In this document: positions 15,110 through 20,000 of the stretch, one piece after another
How positions within the stretch are numbered: the stretch's first letter is position 1
Layout: every line of letters begins with the position of its first letter
From: an uncultured virus (IMG/VR IMGVR_UViG_3300005201_000716)
Taxonomy: Duplodnaviria > Heunggongvirae > Uroviricota > Caudoviricetes
Direction: 5' to 3' (one strand)
IMG/VR virus record: IMGVR_UViG_3300005201_000716
DNA: 20,000 bases
Made by a program: the position numbers and the translations under genes
Notes under the pieces: model-generated
Databases searched by the model: none
What the model was told of the DNA's origin: nothing
The model's input: only the letters and a program-made list of their open reading frames with translations

Positions 15110-16453
15110 ATGGCTTTAACACAGGCACAGAAGGATTTTATCGCAAAAGTCGGTGCGTTGGCGGCGGCTGACATAAAGCAAAGCGGCATCCTCGCTTCGC
15201 TCACCGTGGCGCAGGCGATATTAGAAAGCGGATGGGGTACATCCGCTCTGGCGGTAAACGCAAACGCACTATTCGGCATTAAAGCTGATTCCCGCTGGAG
15301 TGGACGGGTGTACAGCACAGCTACAAAGGAATGCTATGACGGCGTAAACTTCACTACGGTGGACGCGCTGTTTCGTGCCTACGATAGCTGGGAGCATTCC
15401 ATCGCCGACCACTCGGCTTTTCTGACCGGCAGTTCCCGCTACGCAGCCGTCATTAGCGAGCGGGATTACAAAAAGGCGTGTACCGCCATACACGCGGCGG
15501 GTTACGCAACCGACCCCGGGTATGCCGGGAAACTTATCAATCTCATTGAAACATATGGGCTGACGGATTTCGATATCTTCAGCGGAAAGGAAACTACAAT
15601 GAATCTGCAAAAACTCATACTCACGAACAATGCCTGCTACAAGGCGGGCAAAACCATCACGCCGAAAGGAATTATGGTTCATTCCACCGGTGCCGATAAT
15701 CCGAATCTGTGTCGCTATGTCGGTCCCGACGACGGTTTACTCGGCAAAAATCAATATAATAACCACTGGAATCAGGATATGCCGGACGGACGTCAAGTGT
15801 GCGTTCACGCTTTTATCGGAAAACTGGCTGATAAGAGTATCGCGACTTATCAGACTTTACCGTGGAATTATCGCGGCTGGCACGGCGGTTCCGGAGCAAA
15901 AGGCTCGGTCAATGATACCCATATCGGATTTGAAATCTGCGAGGACGCTTTGACCGACGCGGCATATTTCCGCTCCGTGTTCAATGAGGCGGTAGAGCTT
16001 TGTGTGTATCTCTGCAAACTCTATAACCTTGACCCCACGAAAGACGGCATCATTATCGGACATTATGAAGGATATGCGCGCGGAATCGCGTCCAATCACG
16101 GCGACCCGAAAAACTGGTTCCCGAAATTCGGCGAAAGCATGGACAGTTTCAGAGCAGCGGTGAAGAAAGGTATGAGCGCCACAACTACACCGCAGCCATC
16201 CAATCCGGCGCCGGCAGAACCATCCGCTCCCGCGCCAACGGCTCCGGCATTTCAGTCCTACACGGTCAAGGTAACCGCCGATGAGTTGAATATCCGAAAA
16301 GGCCCCGGCACCAATTTCGGCATAAATGGGAGTATTAAGGATAAAGGCGTATACACCATCGTAGAGGAGTCAAACGGCGCCGGTGCGACAAAATGGGGCA
16401 GGCTCAAAAGTGGCGCGGGGTGGATAAGCCTCGATTATACACAGAAACGGTAA
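15110..16453 (+). CDS. Endolysin: GH73 glucosaminidase + N-acetylmuramoyl-L-alanine amidase (Amidase_2-like) + Pro-rich linker + SH3
   Basis: AQAILESGWG...NALFGIKA...FRAY...GYATDPGY (GH73); IMVHST...WHGG...IGFEICE...IIGH...HGDP (amidase); LNIRKGPGT...WGRLKSGAGWISL (SH3). Confidence 0.93.
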   Translation: MALTQAQKDFIAKVGALAAADIKQSGILASLTVAQAILESGWGTSALAVNANALFGIKADSRWSGRVYSTATKECYDGVNFTTVDALFRAYDSWEHSIADHSAFLTGSSRYAAVISERDYKKACTAIHAAGYATDPGYAGKLINLIETYGLTDFDIFSGKETTMNLQKLILTNNACYKAGKTITPKGIMVHSTGADNPNLCRYVGPDDGLLGKNQYNNHWNQDMPDGRQVCVHAFIGKLADKSIATYQTLPWNYRGWHGGSGAKGSVNDTHIGFEICEDALTDAAYFRSVFNEAVELCVYLCKLYNLDPTKDGIIIGHYEGYARGIASNHGDPKNWFPKFGESMDSFRAAVKKGMSATTTPQPSNPAPAEPSAPAPTAPAFQSYTVKVTADELNIRKGPGTNFGINGSIKDKGVYTIVEESNGAGATKWGRLKSGAGWISLDYTQKR

Positions 16454-16470
16454 AAATAAATGTCAACATC

Positions 16471-16502
16471 AGGGCGGCCGTAAATGCGGCCGTCCTTATT
16501 TT
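16471..16502 (+). terminator. Intrinsic terminator after the endolysin
   Basis: AGGGCGGCCGT-AAAT-GCGGCCGTCCT followed by TATTTT. Confidence 0.8.
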
Positions 16503-16523
16503 AATCCCTTGGAGGTGATTGTC

Positions 16524-16937
16524 ATGACAGGCACACAAAAACAAAACATACAGGATATGCGGCGGCAGGGCGCGGCTTTTTCACAGATTGCCGCTTCTCT
16601 CGGCATTTCGGTGAACACTGTCAAATCCTTTTGCCGACGCAATGACCTGACTGCCTGCGACGCTTCCAAAGAAACGGGGAACAAAGAAAATAAGGAACAA
16701 TGTAAACAATGTGGAATAAAACTGAATCAAATTCCCAGAGCCAAGCCTAAGTTATTCTGCTGCGACAGTTGCCGTATGGCTTGGTGGAAAGCTAATCCTG
16801 CCGCTGTTAACCGCAAAGCTGTATATCAGTTCAAGTGCGCTGTTTGCGGCGCGTCCTTTGAAAGCTATGGCAACGCCCACCGTAAATACTGCTCCAGAGC
16901 CTGTTTCGGAGCGGCAAGGAGGACTTCCAATGGGTAA
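16524..16937 (+). CDS. Sigma-factor-like HTH DNA-binding protein with C-terminal Cys-rich zinc-finger motifs
   Basis: SD GGAGGTGA, ATG 16524. HTH FSQIAASLGISVNTVKSFCRR; CKQCG, FCCDSCR, CAVCG, YCSRAC. Confidence 0.85.
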   Translation: MTGTQKQNIQDMRRQGAAFSQIAASLGISVNTVKSFCRRNDLTACDASKETGNKENKEQCKQCGIKLNQIPRAKPKLFCCDSCRMAWWKANPAAVNRKAVYQFKCAVCGASFESYGNAHRKYCSRACFGAARRTSNG

Positions 16938-17163
16938 AAACGAAGCGGTCCTTCGTTATAAAACTTCGATGTCCGTTTTTAAAAGGTGGCGGGAACACGG
17001 ATGGATATCAGGTGAGGAGTTACTGGCAATTGATACAATGCTCACCGAAAAATACGGCTTATCTTCGTGCAGTATATATCGCGAAAATGTCTTGATATTA
17101 CAGGCAAACAGAGTGATCTATAGTAGTACGAAAGGAGGAGCCTATGGAAAGAATTGTAACTAA
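16930..17163 (+). CDS. Small SHOCT-like protein (77 aa), recombinase-associated
   Basis: ATG 16930 overlaps the upstream gene end, with SD AAGGAGGA. WREHGWISGEELLAIDTMLTEKY resembles SHOCT (G.IsxeE). Confidence 0.7.
   Translation: MGKNEAVLRYKTSMSVFKRWREHGWISGEELLAIDTMLTEKYGLSSCSIYRENVLILQANRVIYSSTKGGAYGKNCN
17091..17124 (+). promoter_or_regulatory. Promoter-like motif CTTGnTAT-N11-AGAGYGA, copy 2
   Basis: CTTGATATTACAGGCAAACAGAGTGATCTATAGT immediately before the SD AAAGGAGG of recombinase 1. Confidence 0.5.
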
Positions 17164-18457
17164 AATTGTTCCCACAGTTGTGGAAATGCCTCGGCGTAAG
17201 CGGACAGCCGCTTACGCGAGGGTATCGCTCGGCACGGAGCATATGCTCCATTCACTTGCCGCGCAGGTCAGCTATTACAGCGGACTTATACAGAAAAACG
17301 GCGAATGGGAATATGCTGGTGTTTATGCCGACGCTGACGAAACAGGGACAAAGGAAAATCGCCCCGAGTTCCAGCGTATGCTTGCCGACTGCCGAGCCGG
17401 GTTGATAGACAGTGTAATAACCAAGGCTATCAGCCGTTTTGCCCGGAACACAGTGACATTACTTGAAACAGTGCGGGAGTTGAAAGACCTCGGAATTGAC
17501 ATTTTTTTTGAGGAGCAGAATATCCACACATTATCGAGCGAAGGCGAGTTAATGTTGACCATTCTCGCCAGTTACGCGCAGGAAGAGAGCCGTTCGGTCT
17601 CGGAAAATATCAAGTGGCGCAAGCGGAACGATATGAAAAGCGGGAAAGCAAAAGTAAAGAGTTGTTTCGGCTACGCATCAGAAGGTGGCAAACTGGTTAT
17701 TAAACCGGATGAAGCGGAAATTGTGCGGCTCATGTTCGATTTATATCTCGACGGAATGGGACATGCAAATATCGCGCGCCGATTAAATGAACTTGGCTGC
17801 CCTTCGCCTATCGGTGGCAAATGGTATCCGAGCGCAGTCGACAGGACACTTCATAATGACAAGGTATGCGGTAACATCCTGCACCAACAGCGATATGTAG
17901 TAGACCATCTGTCTAAGACCGTCCTTTGGAATAAAGGTGAATTGCCGATGTATCGCATTGAGGACGCTCACGAGGGCATTGTGAGCAAAGAGACATTTGA
18001 TGCGGTAAAAGCTGAAACAGCACGGAGAGCGGTGTTGAAAGGCACTGTGAAGGAATATGAAACTTTTGTGTTTAAAAGTAAAATTAAATGCTGTATTTGC
18101 GGTCATATTTATTGGCGTACTTATAATGGCAGCAAGTGGTGGAAGCATAGAGCTTGGAAGTGCAGCGGTAAGCAAAAAAATGGCGGTTCTTGCCATTCGC
18201 ACGAAATAGCCGAGGAGGATTTGGTAAAAATCACGAACGAGGTCTTGGGACTGGATGCGTTCGACGGAGAGGTTTTTAAGGAAAAAGTAGAACGGATTAA
18301 CGTTCTCGAAGGCAGAACGCTGGCTTACATTTTTTATGACGGTTCTATTGTCAGCAGGCAATGGAAAGTCCACAGGAATGGACGCAACAAGGCAAAATTC
18401 GCGGAAAGGAGAGAAAATTATGCCGAATGTACAAGTGATCCCGGCGAAAAATCCTAA
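17144..18457 (+). CDS. Large serine recombinase 1 (resolvase + recombinase + Zn ribbon, 437 aa)
   Basis: AYARVS catalytic motif, RPEFQRML, TKAISRFARN, AQEESRSVSEN, HEGIVS, CCICG...WKC...C. Confidence 0.95.
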   Translation: MERIVTKIVPTVVEMPRRKRTAAYARVSLGTEHMLHSLAAQVSYYSGLIQKNGEWEYAGVYADADETGTKENRPEFQRMLADCRAGLIDSVITKAISRFARNTVTLLETVRELKDLGIDIFFEEQNIHTLSSEGELMLTILASYAQEESRSVSENIKWRKRNDMKSGKAKVKSCFGYASEGGKLVIKPDEAEIVRLMFDLYLDGMGHANIARRLNELGCPSPIGGKWYPSAVDRTLHNDKVCGNILHQQRYVVDHLSKTVLWNKGELPMYRIEDAHEGIVSKETFDAVKAETARRAVLKGTVKEYETFVFKSKIKCCICGHIYWRTYNGSKWWKHRAWKCSGKQKNGGSCHSHEIAEEDLVKITNEVLGLDAFDGEVFKEKVERINVLEGRTLAYIFYDGSIVSRQWKVHRNGRNKAKFAERRENYAECTSDPGEKS

Positions 18458-20000
18458 GCTGTCAGCGCAAACCATCGCTCCGATCACAATGCGGCGTGTC
18501 GCGGGATACGCCCGCGTAAGCACAGACAAGGACGAGCAGCTTAACTCTTATGAAGCGCAGTTGGATTATTATACAAATTATATCAAGTCCCGTCCTGATT
18601 GGGAATTTGTTAACGTGTATACGGATGAGGGAATTTCGGCTCTGAACACAAAGCGGCGCGAGGGGTTCAAGCAGATGGTAGCAGACGCTATCGACGGCAA
18701 GATTGACCTCATCGTCACCAAGTCGGTGAGCCGCTTCGCCCGAAACACAGTGGACAGTCTTACCACGATCCGTCAATTAAAAGAAAAAGGCATAGAGGTT
18801 TACTTTGAAAAAGAAGCCATATGGACATTTGACGGCAAGGGCGAGTTGTTGCTGACAATTATGTCGTCACTGGCTCAGGAAGAAAGCCGTTCTCTCAGCG
18901 AAAACGTGACGTGGGGAAAACGGAAAAGCATGGCTGACGGTAAAATCAGCCTGCCGTGGTCAAAATTCCTCGGTTATGAAAAAGGCAAGGACGGTCTTCC
19001 AAAAATTGTACCTGAAGAAGCAGAAGTTGTGCGGATGATATTCCGGCTCTTTATGGAAGGGAAAAGCTACTCGGCGATTGCTAAAGAACTCGTCACGCGG
19101 GGAGTTCTATCGCCGACAGGGAAACCGAAGTGGAGTCTTGCCACAGTACGAAATATCTTAAAAAACGAAACCTATAAAGGCGCGAAACGCCTGCAAAAGA
19201 CATATACATCTAACTATCTCACGAAAACCAAAAAGGTTAACGAAGGTGAATTGGAAAGCTATTATATTGCTGAAAGTCACGAACCGATTATACCTCCCGA
19301 CGAATGGGACGCGGTTCAGGCTGAAATTGAACGGCGGAAAATGCTCGGTCGCCCGGTCAGTTGTCAGTCGCCTTTTTCAACGAAGATTAAATGCGGTGAC
19401 TGTGGGGCGTGGTTTGGCTCAAAAGTCTGGCAGAGCAACACAAAGTACCGCAACATTGTATGGCGATGCAACGACCGTTATAGAAAACGCGGCAAACGGG
19501 ACTGCCAAACCTCACACATTAAGGAAGATGATATAAAGACAAAGTTTATCACAGCGTTTAATACTCTGATGGAAAAACGCGACGGGCTGATTGAGGATTG
19601 CCACGAAGCGGAAAAGCTGCTCTGTGATACATCTACCATTGATGCTGATATTGCAGAACTGGAACACGAAGTTGAGGTAATCGAAGGATTGGCGCGACAA
19701 GCTATTCAGACCAATGCCCGCGAGGTAATCGACCAGTCGAAATGGATAGAGCGAAACGGTGTCTACCTTAACCGCCACGCTGAAACCACAAAACGGCTTG
19801 AGGAGCTCGACGAGCAAAAAGCGAAGCGGCTCGGCAGGAGCAAAACTATAGCGGTATTTATCCGAGATTTAGAGCGAAGCAATCAGGTGATTACAGAATT
19901 TGACGAGGGCCTTTGGGCGGCAGTCATAGACTGCGTGGTGGTCGGTGTTGACGGCAACTTGACGTTCAGGTTCAAAAACGGCGCGGAGATTGCTGTATAA
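18420..20000 (+). CDS. Large serine recombinase 2 (resolvase + recombinase + Zn ribbon + coiled coil)
   Basis: SD AAAGGAG, ATG 18420. GYARVSTD, TKSVSRFARN, AQEESRSLSEN, HEPII, CGDCG...WRC...C, then a coiled coil; TAA at 19998-20000. Confidence 0.95.
   Translation: MPNVQVIPAKNPKLSAQTIAPITMRRVAGYARVSTDKDEQLNSYEAQLDYYTNYIKSRPDWEFVNVYTDEGISALNTKRREGFKQMVADAIDGKIDLIVTKSVSRFARNTVDSLTTIRQLKEKGIEVYFEKEAIWTFDGKGELLLTIMSSLAQEESRSLSENVTWGKRKSMADGKISLPWSKFLGYEKGKDGLPKIVPEEAEVVRMIFRLFMEGKSYSAIAKELVTRGVLSPTGKPKWSLATVRNILKNETYKGAKRLQKTYTSNYLTKTKKVNEGELESYYIAESHEPIIPPDEWDAVQAEIERRKMLGRPVSCQSPFSTKIKCGDCGAWFGSKVWQSNTKYRNIVWRCNDRYRKRGKRDCQTSHIKEDDIKTKFITAFNTLMEKRDGLIEDCHEAEKLLCDTSTIDADIAELEHEVEVIEGLARQAIQTNAREVIDQSKWIERNGVYLNRHAETTKRLEELDEQKAKRLGRSKTIAVFIRDLERSNQVITEFDEGLWAAVIDCVVVGVDGNLTFRFKNGAEIAV

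Larger units (their letters stand above)
1..20000 (+). mobile_element. Prophage (siphovirus-like, Clostridia-type): tail, lysis and integration modules; extends beyond the window
   Basis: Co-oriented tape measure, Dit, Tal-like, holin, endolysin and large serine recombinase genes in canonical late-operon order. No att site is visible. Confidence 0.92.

Noticed and set aside
16471..16496. CCGTAAAT loop resembling purine riboswitch L3 (also AATATGG near 12926)
   Set aside because: The conserved junction (GUUUCUAC) and the partner stem are absent; 16471 is adequately explained as a terminator.
17783..18776. Minus-strand ORFs (248 aa, 104 aa) overlapping the recombinases
   Set aside because: Antisense shadows of well-supported genes, with no independent evidence.
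1..20000. CRISPR array, diversity-generating retroelement, intron/intein, tRNA, IS element or att site
   Set aside because: No regularly spaced repeats, reverse transcriptase, adenine-mismatched TR/VR pair, cloverleaf or transposase was seen by eye; attR would lie beyond base 20000.

Overview
Right-hand half of a siphovirus-like Firmicutes (Clostridia-type) prophage, with all credible genes on the + strand. Order: a 5'-truncated Kelch-repeat gene and a small gene, tape measure protein, distal tail protein (Dit), LamG/Tal-like tail tip protein, two small tail-associated proteins, a GH18 glycoside hydrolase, holin, GH73/amidase/SH3 endolysin, an HTH/Zn-finger protein, a SHOCT-like protein and two tandem large serine recombinases. 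Two accessory (moron-like) blocks interrupt the late operon. The AT-rich block at about 7168-9447 carries Zn-finger, ParB-like and pilin-like genes and is flanked by a 10-bp direct repeat. The block at about 12481-14620 carries four small genes and several hairpins. The most striking observation is an apparently split carbohydrate-binding-like domain: the tail tip protein ends in what looks like half a jelly-roll, and two separate downstream genes each begin with a paralogous matching second half. Also notable are an ATA start codon on the tail tip gene, an internal start in the endolysin and a pilin-like moron. All product calls come from motif recognition by eye, not from database searches.
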